Assembly (NCBI GenBank): GCA_044070495.1
Contig: JBIPSI010000008.1
Coordinates: forward strand, 96,001-160,000
Source: Spirulina sp.
GTDB taxonomy: Bacteria > Cyanobacteriota > Cyanobacteriia > Phormidesmidales > Phormidesmidaceae
Direction: 5' to 3'
DNA length: 64,000 nucleotides
The notes under the pieces are model-generated. The model was not told the DNA's origin and did not search any database. It saw only the letters and a program-made list of their open reading frames with translations. Position 1 is the stretch's first letter. Every line of letters starts with the position of its first letter. Of the stretch, positions 41,472-50,929 are shown one piece after another. The position numbers and the translations under genes were made by a program.

Positions 41472-41560
41472 ATCGCTGTAGCCAGTCTAGTTAGGGCGCT
41501 ATCAAATAAACCTGAAGAACGATCTGGACATTCTGTCCTATCGAGGGTGCCTACAGCGAT
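41472..41560. mobile_element. Small inverted-repeat element (MITE-like) upstream of the GMC oxidoreductase
   Basis: ATCGCTGTAG (41472-41481) and CTACAGCGAT (41551-41560) pair perfectly, with imperfect extension inward. Confidence 0.45.
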
Positions 41561-41607
41561 ATCGTCAAACGACAGAAATCGAAAATTATATAAAGGTAGG
41601 ACTATCT

Positions 41608-43314
41608 ATGCTCATTGATGCACGTCATCTAGGCGAAGCAGATGTTTTAGCAGCGGATATTTGCATTGTTGGAGCTGGGCCTGCTGGCATCACCATTGCA
41701 AGGGAATTTAACAGTAGTTCGTTCAAGGTTTTATTGTTAGAGTCAGGGGGCTTTACCCCTGATCCAAAGGTCGATGATCTATCTCGGGGCAGCAACCAAG
41801 GCGATCCATACCCAGCCCCAGATGGGATGCGGGAGCGTGGCTTTGGCGGGACGGCGAAGGTATGGCCCATCGTCCTTAATCAGGGACGTCTAGGCGTTAG
41901 GTATGTTCCCCTCGATCCCATCGACTTTGAACAGCGGGACTGGATTCCCTACAGTGGTTGGCCAATTAACCGTGAGGATCTAGATCCCTACTATGCAAGA
42001 GCCCATGTCGTCGCTCAGTCTGGCCCATACACCTACGACTTTAAAGACTGGGAAACGGAAGATGCTAGAGCTATCGTTTTCCCTGGACATTGCGCAACCA
42101 CCCAGATGTTTCAATTTGGCCCCTTAGATGCATTTACAGAAACCTATCGCCATGAATTAGAACAGTCTCAAAATGTTAGCCTAGTCACCTATGCCCATGC
42201 CCTAGAATTAAGGACGGATGAGCTAGCAAAGAGCATCACTAGTATTGATGTCGGTACGGTTGAGAGGAATCGTTTTTCAGTAAATGCTAGGGTAGTCATC
42301 CTAGCCCAAGGAGGGTTAGAGGTTCCTAGGCTACTCATGATTTCTAATCGAACCAAGCGTTGTGGATTAGGGAACGAACATGATTTAGTAGGTCGTTTTT
42401 TAATGGATCATCCTGTGATTCGGCCTGGGGTTTTAGTGCCTGATAATCCAAGCATTGTTAATCAACTCTCTCTCTATGATGCCCGCTGGGTGAATGGCGC
42501 AAGAGTCATTGGCAAACCGATATTAACTGCCGAAATCCAGAGAAAAGAAAAGTTAGTGAATATCAATACGGCTATCTTTCCTCGCCCTGGTTGGGCACAG
42601 ATTAATCTGCTCAGAAAGATCTTTCCCAATGGGCAGCGAGTTTCATCCCCGGCACTTCAGTCTTCCCGAGTCTTAAAGCAAGCCTTAAAGCAACGAAAAT
42701 GGCCTCAAGATATGCCCAGACACATGGCTGCCATCGTTTCAGGGCTAGATGACATGATCTACAGGGTATGGCGAAAGCCGGGTAGAAATCGCTTTGGGAG
42801 CTTTCCCTTATTTGGTTATGACTTTGATCATGGAGGCTGGTCGGATCTTGATTACAAGGATAAGAAATTCGGCTGTTTTGATCTGCTTCATGTCACAGAA
42901 CAAACCCCTGATCCTAATAATCGAGTCCGATTATCTGAGGACTGTGATCAATTTGGCTATCGCCGGATGGTCGTTGAATGGCGACACAGCGATGCTGACC
43001 GTTTAAGGATCAAGCGGGCCATGGAAATTTTTGCCCAAGAGTTTAAGAGTGCCGGATTGGGGATTGTAAAGGTTGAGTTGGATCATGGCATGCCTCCCAT
43101 TTGGAGTCCTAGCATTCACCACCCGATGGGAACGACCCGTATGCATGACAGCCCGACGCAGGGGGTTGTAGACAGAAATTGTCAGGTTCATGGCATCGAG
43201 AATTTATTTGTTGCCAGCAGTTCTGCCTTTCCCACGGGGGGTTATGCAAATCCAACGCTGACGATATTAGCCCTCGGTATACGGCTAGCCGATCATATTA
43301 AAACTGTAATCTAA
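41608..43314 (+). CDS. GMC family oxidoreductase
   Basis: CIVGAGPAG, LLESGG, VGRFLMDHP, HHPMGTTRM, GVVDRNCQVHG and NPTLTILAL. Visibly AT-richer than the flanks. Confidence 0.92.
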   Translation: MLIDARHLGEADVLAADICIVGAGPAGITIAREFNSSSFKVLLLESGGFTPDPKVDDLSRGSNQGDPYPAPDGMRERGFGGTAKVWPIVLNQGRLGVRYVPLDPIDFEQRDWIPYSGWPINREDLDPYYARAHVVAQSGPYTYDFKDWETEDARAIVFPGHCATTQMFQFGPLDAFTETYRHELEQSQNVSLVTYAHALELRTDELAKSITSIDVGTVERNRFSVNARVVILAQGGLEVPRLLMISNRTKRCGLGNEHDLVGRFLMDHPVIRPGVLVPDNPSIVNQLSLYDARWVNGARVIGKPILTAEIQRKEKLVNINTAIFPRPGWAQINLLRKIFPNGQRVSSPALQSSRVLKQALKQRKWPQDMPRHMAAIVSGLDDMIYRVWRKPGRNRFGSFPLFGYDFDHGGWSDLDYKDKKFGCFDLLHVTEQTPDPNNRVRLSEDCDQFGYRRMVVEWRHSDADRLRIKRAMEIFAQEFKSAGLGIVKVELDHGMPPIWSPSIHHPMGTTRMHDSPTQGVVDRNCQVHGIENLFVASSSAFPTGGYANPTLTILALGIRLADHIKTVI

Positions 43315-43393
43315 GGCCGTTAGACCAGGGGGCTCAGGTGCTAAGATCCCAGGGTTCTCTGGTCCTTCAACCTCGCAACTATCCACCTGGCGT

Positions 43394-44248
43394 ATGGGTT
43401 CTCCAACGGCGATTTTGCTGGTGTCTTGCCCCGACCAAAAGGGGCTGGTAGCCAAGCTAGCTAACTTTATCTATGCCAACGGCGGCAACATTCTCCACGC
43501 CGACCAGCACTGCGACCCGGAAGCGGGGTTATTTTTGTCGCGGCTGGAGTGGGAGATGGAGGGCTTCAACCTGCCCCGCGAGATCATTGGCCCCGCCTTT
43601 AACGCCATTGCCCAACCCCTGGGGGCCACCTGGCAGCTTAGCTTTTCTGACGATGTGCCGCGTCTATGTATTTGGGTGAGCCATCAAGATCACTGTCTGC
43701 TGGATTTACTGTGGCGGCACCAGGCCAAGGAGTTCCGGGCGGAAATTCCCCTGATCATCAGCAACCACCCCACCCTCAAGCCCATCGCCGACCAGTTCGG
43801 GATTGATTTCCACCACATCCCCATCACGAAAGATACCAAGGCGGAACAGGAACAGAGGCAACTGGCCCTGCTGAAGGAGTACAACATCAACCTAGTGGTG
43901 CTGGCCAAATACATGCAGGTGCTCTCGTCGGATTTCCTCAACGCCTACGGCCAGGTGATCAACATTCACCACTCCTTTTTGCCTGCCTTTATGGGGGCTA
44001 ACCCCTACCAACGGGCCTACCAACGGGGGGTGAAAATCATCGGCGCAACGGCCCACTACGTCACCTCAGATTTAGACGAAGGCCCGATCATCGAGCAGGA
44101 TGTGGTTCGCATCAGCCACCGCGACGACGTGAAGGAATTGATCCGCAAAGGCAAAGACATGGAGCGCATCGTCTTGGCCCGTGCGGTGCGTCTGCATCTG
44201 CAAAGCCGTACCTTGGTCTACGGCAACCGCACCGTGGTGTTTGGGTAG
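43394..44248 (+). CDS. purU: Formyltetrahydrofolate deformylase
   Basis: ACT domain CPDQKGLVA, LAKYMQVLS, NIHHSFLPAF, RGVKIIGATAHYVT and LDEGPIIEQ. Confidence 0.97.
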   Translation: MGSPTAILLVSCPDQKGLVAKLANFIYANGGNILHADQHCDPEAGLFLSRLEWEMEGFNLPREIIGPAFNAIAQPLGATWQLSFSDDVPRLCIWVSHQDHCLLDLLWRHQAKEFRAEIPLIISNHPTLKPIADQFGIDFHHIPITKDTKAEQEQRQLALLKEYNINLVVLAKYMQVLSSDFLNAYGQVINIHHSFLPAFMGANPYQRAYQRGVKIIGATAHYVTSDLDEGPIIEQDVVRISHRDDVKELIRKGKDMERIVLARAVRLHLQSRTLVYGNRTVVFG

Positions 44249-44273
44249 CTCACCTTTCGAGAGGCACAAGCAA

Positions 44274-44537
44274 CACCCTAAACCCCTCTCCCAATGGCAG
44301 CTACAGCTTATACACATCTTGTTTTCGTGCTGCAAGTTCTCGGAGATCCCCCTAAATCCCCCTTAGGGCGGGGGACTTTGAATCCACTTCCCCCCTTCAT
44401 AAGGGGGGCTAGGGGGGATCGCTTCCCTATTGCGTCTACGCCAAGGACTGGTGTGTACACAGTAGCTCGATGGGAAAGGAACGTTGTAACTCCGGTTCCC
44501 CTTCGCCCTTGGGGAGAAGGGGCTAGGGGATGAGGGC
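44274..44537. repeat. CCCCTCTCCC/GGGAGAAGGG-family palindromic repeat interrupted by a MITE
   Basis: Left part CACCCTAAACCCCTCTCCCA and right part TGGGAAAGG...CCCCTTCGCCC TTG GGGAGAAGGGGCTAGGGGATGAGGGC flank the MITE at 44301-44465. Confidence 0.6.
44301..44465 (-). mobile_element. ~165-bp MITE, copy A (older, opposite orientation to B and C)
   Basis: Ends CTACAGCTTATACACA and TGTGTACACAGTAG. Colinear with copies B and C. Decayed target duplication cccaatggcag / ctcgatgggaa (7 of 11 match). Confidence 0.8.
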
Positions 44538-44799
44538 GATCTTCGCAACGGTTCTTAACGAGGAAATCTGGCCTAGGGTAGAGGCATCGTAGCGGGGGCT
44601 ACGGTTTTATAAAACTATCTGGCTCTGTAAAGACCGTCCCCATTTCACAGATCGTCCTTGAACGATCTGCTTTTTTGTCACCCGTTCGGCCTAGGCCAAG
44701 ACCTTAGTTCGAGCGACCCCGTGGGCAGCCTTGGGAGTCAGGGTTGTTCGATGGTGAGGCGTTGTTTTGCTGTTAGTTCTGTGGAAAACGTTTTGGGTG

Positions 44800-46098
44800 A
44801 TGGCTTGGCGATCCCTGCGGTCACTGTTGCGGCGGCGGTGGCGATGGATTGGCCTAGCCCTGCTGAGTAGCGCTATCTTTTGGGCCTACAGTCCAGCGGC
44901 GGTGTCGCAGTCGCCGGATCCGGTGACGGTGTCGTTTTTGGTGCGGGCGGTGGAGGCGGAACAGCTTCAGCCCATCGCCGATGCCTTCATGGCGGAAAAT
45001 CCCGACATTCGCGTTGAGATTGTGCGTGGCCCCAATGCCGCCGATGCGGTGGAAAACCTCTACACCACCTCCTTTTTGCTGAACGATTCTCCCTACGATT
45101 TGGTCTACGCCGATGTGGTGTGGATTCCCAAGTTGGCGGCGGCGGGGTGGCTGGCGGATTTGTCGGATCGGGTGGATGCTGCCGATCTAAACGAATTCCT
45201 GGAGGCCGACATTGCGGCGGGGCAGTACCAGGGCGGGCTGTATCGAATGCCCTTTCGCTCGGATATGGGAATGCTCTACTACCGCACCGACCTGCTGGAT
45301 GCTGCCGGACTCCCGGCCCCAGAAACCTTCGAGGATTTGATTGCGGCCTCCCAAACCCTTCAACAACAGGGGGACGTGCCCTGGGGCTTTGTGTGGCAGG
45401 GGTTGCAGTACGAGGGCTTGGTGACCAACTTTGTGGAAATTGTGGCGGGCTTTGGCGGCTTTTGGGTAGATGCGGATTCCCTGGAAGTCGGCCTCGATGC
45501 GCCGGAAGCCATTCAGGCCGTGGAGTTTATGCGCGGCGTGATTACCGACGGCATCACCCCCCCCGGTGTCACCAACTATTTAGAGGAAGATTCCCTGCGG
45601 CAGTTTGAGTCGGGCAATGCGGCCTTTTTGCGCAACTGGCCCTACGTCTGGGCCGAGGCCAACCGCCAGGGTTCCCCCGTAGCCGGAAACATTGCCCTGA
45701 AGCCCATGGTTCATGCCCCTGGACAGTCTCCGGCGGCTTGTTTGGGCGGCTGGGGCTTTGGTCTTTCTGCAACCAGCCCCCACCCCGACGAAGCTTGGCG
45801 AGTGGTGGACTACTTCACCAGCCCGGAGGTGATGAAGCGCTTTGTGGTGGACAACGCCTACGTGCCCAGCCGTCGCGCCCTGTTCACCGACCCGGAGGTG
45901 CTGGCGGCCTATCCCCACTTCCAACAACTGCTGGAGGTGGCGGAAACCACGGTGCCCCGTCCCCCGGTGGGCCAATACGCCCAGCTATCCGACATTTTGC
46001 AGCGCTACCTCAGTGCCGCCCTCACGGATCAACTTTCCCCAGCCGCCGCCATGGAAGCCGCCGCCCGTGAAAGTCGTCGCGTGTTGGGGACGACTTAA
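44800..46098 (+). CDS. Sugar ABC transporter substrate-binding protein
   Basis: Signal peptide, DVVWIPKLAAAGWL, GMLYYRTDLL, WQGLQYEGL, FLRNWPY and LGGWGFG. Confidence 0.9.
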   Translation: MAWRSLRSLLRRRWRWIGLALLSSAIFWAYSPAAVSQSPDPVTVSFLVRAVEAEQLQPIADAFMAENPDIRVEIVRGPNAADAVENLYTTSFLLNDSPYDLVYADVVWIPKLAAAGWLADLSDRVDAADLNEFLEADIAAGQYQGGLYRMPFRSDMGMLYYRTDLLDAAGLPAPETFEDLIAASQTLQQQGDVPWGFVWQGLQYEGLVTNFVEIVAGFGGFWVDADSLEVGLDAPEAIQAVEFMRGVITDGITPPGVTNYLEEDSLRQFESGNAAFLRNWPYVWAEANRQGSPVAGNIALKPMVHAPGQSPAACLGGWGFGLSATSPHPDEAWRVVDYFTSPEVMKRFVVDNAYVPSRRALFTDPEVLAAYPHFQQLLEVAETTVPRPPVGQYAQLSDILQRYLSAALTDQLSPAAAMEAAARESRRVLGTT

Positions 46099-47033
46099 TG
46101 CCGCGTACCACTCACCCTGAACCGACATCCACTGCTATGAAAGACTACATCCGCGAACGGGAACGCCGCACCGGGCTGTGGCTGATTGCCCCCGCCTTTG
46201 CCCTGCTGCTGTTGGTCTATGCCTACCCCATCCTGCGGTCGTTTTGGCTGAGCCTGTTCACCGAGAACCTGAGCACCAACCTGTCTCCAGTGTTTAGCGG
46301 CGGCGAAAACTATATCCGCATGGTGGAAGATGGCCGTTTTTGGCAAAGTCTGGGCAATACGGCTGTTTTTACCAGCGTTTCCCTAGTGGCGGAACTGGGC
46401 CTGGGGATGATCATCGCCCTCGCCCTCAACCAAGCCTTCTTTGGCCGAGGCGGGGTGCGTACCATCGCCATTTTGCCCTGGGCCTTGCCTACGGCGCTGA
46501 TTGCCCTGGCTTGGCGCTGGATTTTTAACGACGAATTCGGCGTCTGGAACGACCTGCTGCTGCGGCTGCAAATCATTGGCAACCCCGTCAACTGGCTGGG
46601 CGACCCCAACTGGGCCATGGTGGCCGTGATCGCCGCCGATGTGTGGAAGACCACCTCCTTTGTGGCCATTCTGCTGCTGGCCGGGTTGCAGTCCATCCCT
46701 CAAGATTTGTACGAAGCCCACGCCCTGGATGGGGCCACCCCCTGGCAAAGCTTTCGCCAAATTACCCTGCCCCTCATTGCCCCCCAAATCCTGATCGCCC
46801 TGCTGTTCCGCTTTGCCCAAGCCTTCGGCATTTTCGACCTGATCCAGGTCATGACCAACGGCGGCCCCGGCGGTGCCACGGAAATGGTGTCGATCTATAT
46901 CTATGCCACCGTCATGCGCTACCTCGACTTCGGCTATGGTGCCGCCCTGGTGGTGGTGACGTTCTTGATTTTGATTGCCGTCGTCGCCCTCGCCGCTGTC
47001 TACCTCTCCCGCCTCCGCGCCAAAACCGAGTGA
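46098..47033 (+). CDS. Sugar ABC transporter permease (MalF-like)
   Basis: DVWKTT.F..ILLLAGLQSIP.DLYEAHALDGA EAA loop. TAATG overlap with the upstream gene. Confidence 0.92.
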   Translation: MPRTTHPEPTSTAMKDYIRERERRTGLWLIAPAFALLLLVYAYPILRSFWLSLFTENLSTNLSPVFSGGENYIRMVEDGRFWQSLGNTAVFTSVSLVAELGLGMIIALALNQAFFGRGGVRTIAILPWALPTALIALAWRWIFNDEFGVWNDLLLRLQIIGNPVNWLGDPNWAMVAVIAADVWKTTSFVAILLLAGLQSIPQDLYEAHALDGATPWQSFRQITLPLIAPQILIALLFRFAQAFGIFDLIQVMTNGGPGGATEMVSIYIYATVMRYLDFGYGAALVVVTFLILIAVVALAAVYLSRLRAKTE

Positions 47034-47209
47034 CCCTGTAGACTGCGGCCACAACCACCAGGGAACGAATTCCCTGGCTTACCGCACAAGTCTGCCAAAG
47101 CAGACTAATACGCTCACCCCCCAATCCTCTTTAGAGGATTTCTGCCCTCAGCTAAGGACTTCCAGTCCTTGGCCCCTTGGCCCCCCAGAAACTCTACCCC
47201 CTCACCCCC

Positions 47210-48088
47210 ATGACCACCCATCCACCCACCACCTCTCCACCCCCCACCCGCGCCCTGCCCTGGATGCGAATCCTGCTGTGGACTGCCGTGGGCTTTACGG
47301 TGTTGTTTAGCCTTGGCCCGGTGCTGTGGCAGGTGTTGACCTCGATTAAAACCAACGATGCCATTACCCAAACCCCGGTGGTGTACTTTCCGGGGCTGGA
47401 TCAGCTCACGTTGGATCACTACCTGGATTTGTTTCGGCGCAATCGGTTTTACCTCTATATGGGTAACAGCGCCTTGGTGTCGGTGATTTCGACCGGGCTG
47501 TGCTTGGCCCTAGGTTCCCCCGCCGCCTATGCCCTAGCGCGATTGCGGGTGCCGGGGAAGCAGATCCTTCTAGCCCTGGTGCTGGTGGTGACCTTGTTTC
47601 CCTACATCCTTTTATTTTTGGGATTGCTGGAACTGGTGCGACTGCTGGGCTGGGCTAACAATTACCTGGCGCTGATTGTGCCCTACACCGCCATCAACCT
47701 GCCTCTAACGATTTTGGTGATGCGAAGCTTTTTCCAGCAGTTGCCTAGGGATTTGGAAGATTCCGCCAAGGTAGACGGCTACAACACCCTGCAAATGCTC
47801 CAGCAAATTCTGCTGCCCATGACCCTCCCCGCCCTCGTCACCACGGGCATCCTCACCTTCATCTTTGCCTGGAATGAATACCTCTTTGCCCTCACCTTCA
47901 TGACCCGCGAATCCATGAAGACCATCCCCGTCGCCGCCGCCCAACTGGGGGGCACCACCCTATTTGAAGTGCCCTACGGCCCCCTCGCCGCCGCCACCGT
48001 CGTTGGCACCCTGCCCCTAGTGCTGCTAGTGCTGTTCTTCCAACGCCGCATCGTCCAAGGCTTAACCGCAGGCTCAGTCAAGGGATAA
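47210..48088 (+). CDS. Sugar ABC transporter permease (MalG-like)
   Basis: FFQQLPRDLEDSAKVDG, FIFAWNEY and FQRRIVQGLTAGSVKG. Confidence 0.92.
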   Translation: MTTHPPTTSPPPTRALPWMRILLWTAVGFTVLFSLGPVLWQVLTSIKTNDAITQTPVVYFPGLDQLTLDHYLDLFRRNRFYLYMGNSALVSVISTGLCLALGSPAAYALARLRVPGKQILLALVLVVTLFPYILLFLGLLELVRLLGWANNYLALIVPYTAINLPLTILVMRSFFQQLPRDLEDSAKVDGYNTLQMLQQILLPMTLPALVTTGILTFIFAWNEYLFALTFMTRESMKTIPVAAAQLGGTTLFEVPYGPLAAATVVGTLPLVLLVLFFQRRIVQGLTAGSVKG

Positions 48089-48104
48089 CAAATTTTTAGA
48101 AACT

Positions 48105-48253
48105 CAACCCTCAACCCCTAACCTTCAATCCCCAACCTCCAACCTCAAATCTCGAACCCTCAACCTTTAACCCTCAACCTTTAACCTTCAACTTTCAATC
48201 TTTAACCCTCAACCTTTAACCTTCAACCTTCAAACCCTCAACCCCCAACCCCC
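48105..48253 (+). repeat. Degenerate heptamer tandem array (C/T)AACC(C/T)(C/T), about 21 units (STRR-like)
   Basis: caaccct caacccc taacctt caatccc caacctc ... caacctt taacctt caacctt, ending 3 nt before the ATG. Confidence 0.88.
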
Positions 48254-48256
48254 ACC

Positions 48257-49327
48257 ATGGCCAAACTCGAACTCAAAAACCTCCGCAAAGCCTACAGCGA
48301 CACCATTGTTCCGGTGAAGGACATCAGCCTCACCGTCACCGACGACGAATTTCTCACCCTGGTGGGGCCATCGGGCTGTGGCAAATCCACCATTCTGCGG
48401 CTGATTGCCGGATTGGAACAGCCCACCCAAGGCCAGGTGCAGATTGGCGAGCGCGACGTTAGCCCCCTGCCACCCGGAGATCGCAACATTGCCATGGTGT
48501 TCCAAAGCTACGCCCTCTACCCCCACATGACGGTGCAGCAAAACATCGCCTCTGGCCTGAAGCTGCGTAACTTGGCCGGGGGCGACATCCAAAAGCGCGT
48601 CCACGAAGCCTCTAGCCTGCTGGGGCTGGATGACCTCCTCGACCGCAAACCCGCCAAGCTCTCCGGGGGGCAACGGCAGCGGGTGGCCCTAGCCCGTGCC
48701 CTAGTGCGCCAGCCCGATGTGTTCCTGCTGGATGAACCCCTCAGCAACCTCGATGCCCTGCTGCGGGAACAGGTGCGGGCCGACCTCAAACAGCTCTTTG
48801 CCGACCAAAAATCCCCCACCATCTACGTCACCCACGACCAAACCGAGGCCATGACCCTCTCGACGAAGGTGGCGGTGCTGAACGATGGCTATCTGCAACA
48901 ACTGGGTAGCCCAGAGGAGATCTACAAACGCCCCGCCAACCGCTTTGTGGCTGGATTCATCGGCAGCCCCCAAATGAATTTGCTGACCTGTGATCGTTCG
49001 GGCCAAACGGCCATCCTGGGCGAAACCCCCATCACCGCCCCCATGCCCCTGCCCGACCACAGTACCGTGGTGCTGGGGCTGCGGCCTGAGGATGTGCGCC
49101 TACCCCGCCAGGGCGACTCGATTCTTCTACGCGGCAATGTGTTTTTGGTGGAAAATCTAGGCATGGCCAACCTGGTCAGCCTGCACCTGAAGGGCGACCC
49201 CCAAACCACCCTCCGCACCCTCCTCCCCGCCGACGCCACCTGGAGCCGCGAAAACCTAGAACTCGCCATTGCCCCCGACGCCCTTCACTGGTTCAATGCC
49301 GAAACGGGCCAGCGGTTGGGAGTTTAG
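48257..49327 (+). CDS. Sugar ABC transporter ATP-binding protein (MalK-like)
   Basis: GPSGCGKST, VFQSYALYPHM, LSGGQRQRVALAR, DEPLSNLDA and YVTHDQTEAM. Confidence 0.95.
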   Translation: MAKLELKNLRKAYSDTIVPVKDISLTVTDDEFLTLVGPSGCGKSTILRLIAGLEQPTQGQVQIGERDVSPLPPGDRNIAMVFQSYALYPHMTVQQNIASGLKLRNLAGGDIQKRVHEASSLLGLDDLLDRKPAKLSGGQRQRVALARALVRQPDVFLLDEPLSNLDALLREQVRADLKQLFADQKSPTIYVTHDQTEAMTLSTKVAVLNDGYLQQLGSPEEIYKRPANRFVAGFIGSPQMNLLTCDRSGQTAILGETPITAPMPLPDHSTVVLGLRPEDVRLPRQGDSILLRGNVFLVENLGMANLVSLHLKGDPQTTLRTLLPADATWSRENLELAIAPDALHWFNAETGQRLGV

Positions 49328-49396
49328 GGAAAAGTTGGGCTGGTTGAACCACAAAAGATTTTGCATCGGGTGCGGAAACCGCTCCCCCACCGTATT

Positions 49397-49562
49397 CTAC
49401 TAAGTACACATAAGTCCTTAACGTAGACGATACAGGGAATCGATCCCCCCTAGCCCCCCTTAAAAAGGGGGGGAACCGGAGTCAAAGTCCCCCTTTTTAA
49501 GGAGGATTTAGGGGGATCTCCAAGGACTTGCGGTATGAAAGCAAGATGTGTGTACTTAGTAG
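49397..49562 (+). mobile_element. 166-bp MITE, copy B, with a perfect 11-bp target-site duplication
   Basis: TIR CTACTAAGTACACA / TGTGTACTTAGTAG (14 bp, perfect). CCCACCGTATT at 49386-49396 and 49563-49573. Confidence 0.92.
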
Positions 49563-49717
49563 CCCACCGTATTGGGATGATGGCGTGGGCAGGTCTCCTG
49601 ACCCTTGGATGGATATGGATTCTAGCAAGTTTTGTCCGGCAATCAGGGAGTTGGGGATGAGGGCAGACCACTTTTGTCAGCCCACTAGATTCATATCCAA
49701 GGGGAGGTCTTATTAGG

Positions 49718-50254
49718 GTGGTTTTTTATAAGTCGGTCACAGTACATAGGAATCCCAACCTGGATATCATCAAGATTTCAAGCCAGCCTGAAGCATTTTC
49801 CATCGTTTTCTTCATAGCGTTGCTGATTGGGATTGTTTCACTACCCTTCACTGAATATCGGAATAATTACATGGCGTATATTGGCCTGCTCTATCCGATA
49901 GGATTAGTGGTGGGCTATTTTATTCTAAGCACCCAGGATGCCAAATTTGAGAACAAGACCAAAGTAAGCATTAGAAAAGGCTTCGACACTTGGAGCATAC
50001 CCTTCGAGACTGTGACGGGCGGCTATGCCTCGTGCAGAGTGAAAACTTCCCAAGCCAGCTTAATCAAAACATATTATCTAGACTTTGAATTAAGGGTCAA
50101 CCTGCCCGACAATAAGAAGTACAGCATTAGAAATGGCACAGCGAATATCTTTCACTATGGTTTTAGCCAGTGGGGAAAGGAGCAAGAAAAGATTTGGGCA
50201 AAATTTAATGAAATTCTTGACGAAAAAGGTATATCAAATCTCACCCTAGAATGA
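49718..50254 (+). CDS. Hypothetical membrane protein (2 TM)
   Basis: 178-aa AT-rich ORF with two hydrophobic segments. GGAGG upstream of the GTG start. Confidence 0.6.
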   Translation: MVFYKSVTVHRNPNLDIIKISSQPEAFSIVFFIALLIGIVSLPFTEYRNNYMAYIGLLYPIGLVVGYFILSTQDAKFENKTKVSIRKGFDTWSIPFETVTGGYASCRVKTSQASLIKTYYLDFELRVNLPDNKKYSIRNGTANIFHYGFSQWGKEQEKIWAKFNEILDEKGISNLTLE

Positions 50255-50264
50255 GGACTATTCA

Positions 50265-50807
50265 ATGTCTGATGAAAGAATACAAGCCCTAAATACCCTA
50301 TTCTGGTTCGGCCTTGGACTGGGTGCCTTAGGAGGACTATTCAGCGTTTTCGGCATATATTTTCTTTTTACTGCGAATGAGTCATGGTCATGGCCATCCG
50401 TAGAAGGCTCTGTTGTTAATTCTGAGGTTCGCAGGGACATTTCTTTACGACATAGCACCGCCGGAACCACAAGAAAAACCCACACTAAGTATTATGTATC
50501 GGTTAACTATACCTATGATGTTGAAGGCACTTCCTATTTATCTTCCCGCTATTCCCTTGGCCAAGGTGATCGTGTTAGTCGCACCTACAAAGATCGTTCT
50601 GATGCCGAAGCAGAAGCGGAATCTCGCTTTCCAGAAGGTACTACCGTCACCGTCCATTACGATCCTAAGCAACCCACCGAAGCGGTTCTTGCCGCCGGGT
50701 GGAACTGGGGGACATTTGTGCCCCTCTTAATGGGGATCTTTTTAGGTGGGTCGGGGTGGCTATTCTACGCCGTTAGCCGATCCACAAATGTGACTTCAGG
50801 GCAATAA
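50265..50807 (+). CDS. DUF3592 domain membrane protein
   Basis: TM, then SWSWPSVEGSV...V.Y.Y.V.G..Y...G..VTVHYDPKQPTEAVL, then TM. Confidence 0.82.
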   Translation: MSDERIQALNTLFWFGLGLGALGGLFSVFGIYFLFTANESWSWPSVEGSVVNSEVRRDISLRHSTAGTTRKTHTKYYVSVNYTYDVEGTSYLSSRYSLGQGDRVSRTYKDRSDAEAEAESRFPEGTTVTVHYDPKQPTEAVLAAGWNWGTFVPLLMGIFLGGSGWLFYAVSRSTNVTSGQ

Positions 50808-50884
50808 GTCAGGGCAATAAGTCAGGACAGTAAACTTTCAGGACAATCAACCTTCAGGACAGTCACCTTTCGGGACAATAACCT
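50796..50884 (+). repeat. Six 13-16 bp tandem units TCAGG(A/G)CA(A/G)T.A, starting within the DUF3592 3' end
   Basis: tcagggcaataag x2, tcaggacagtaaactt, tcaggacaatcaacct, tcaggacagtcacctt, tcgggacaataacct. Confidence 0.8.
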
Positions 50885-50929
50885 TAGCGTGATCGCCCAT
50901 CTTTCTTCCTTCGGCAGCAGTGATTAACC

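Noticed and set aside
44294..44548. Short ORFs over the MITE copies (44294-44533, 44363-44548, 49450-49671, 57266-57508, 57387-57725)
   Set aside because: They are translations of the non-coding repeat (PPKSPL.RGT patterns) with no transposase motifs.
50796..50884. Possible mini-CRISPR or iteron array
   Set aside because: Units are 13-16 bp, adjacent and without spacers, and no rep or cas gene is nearby. Treated as a simple tandem repeat.
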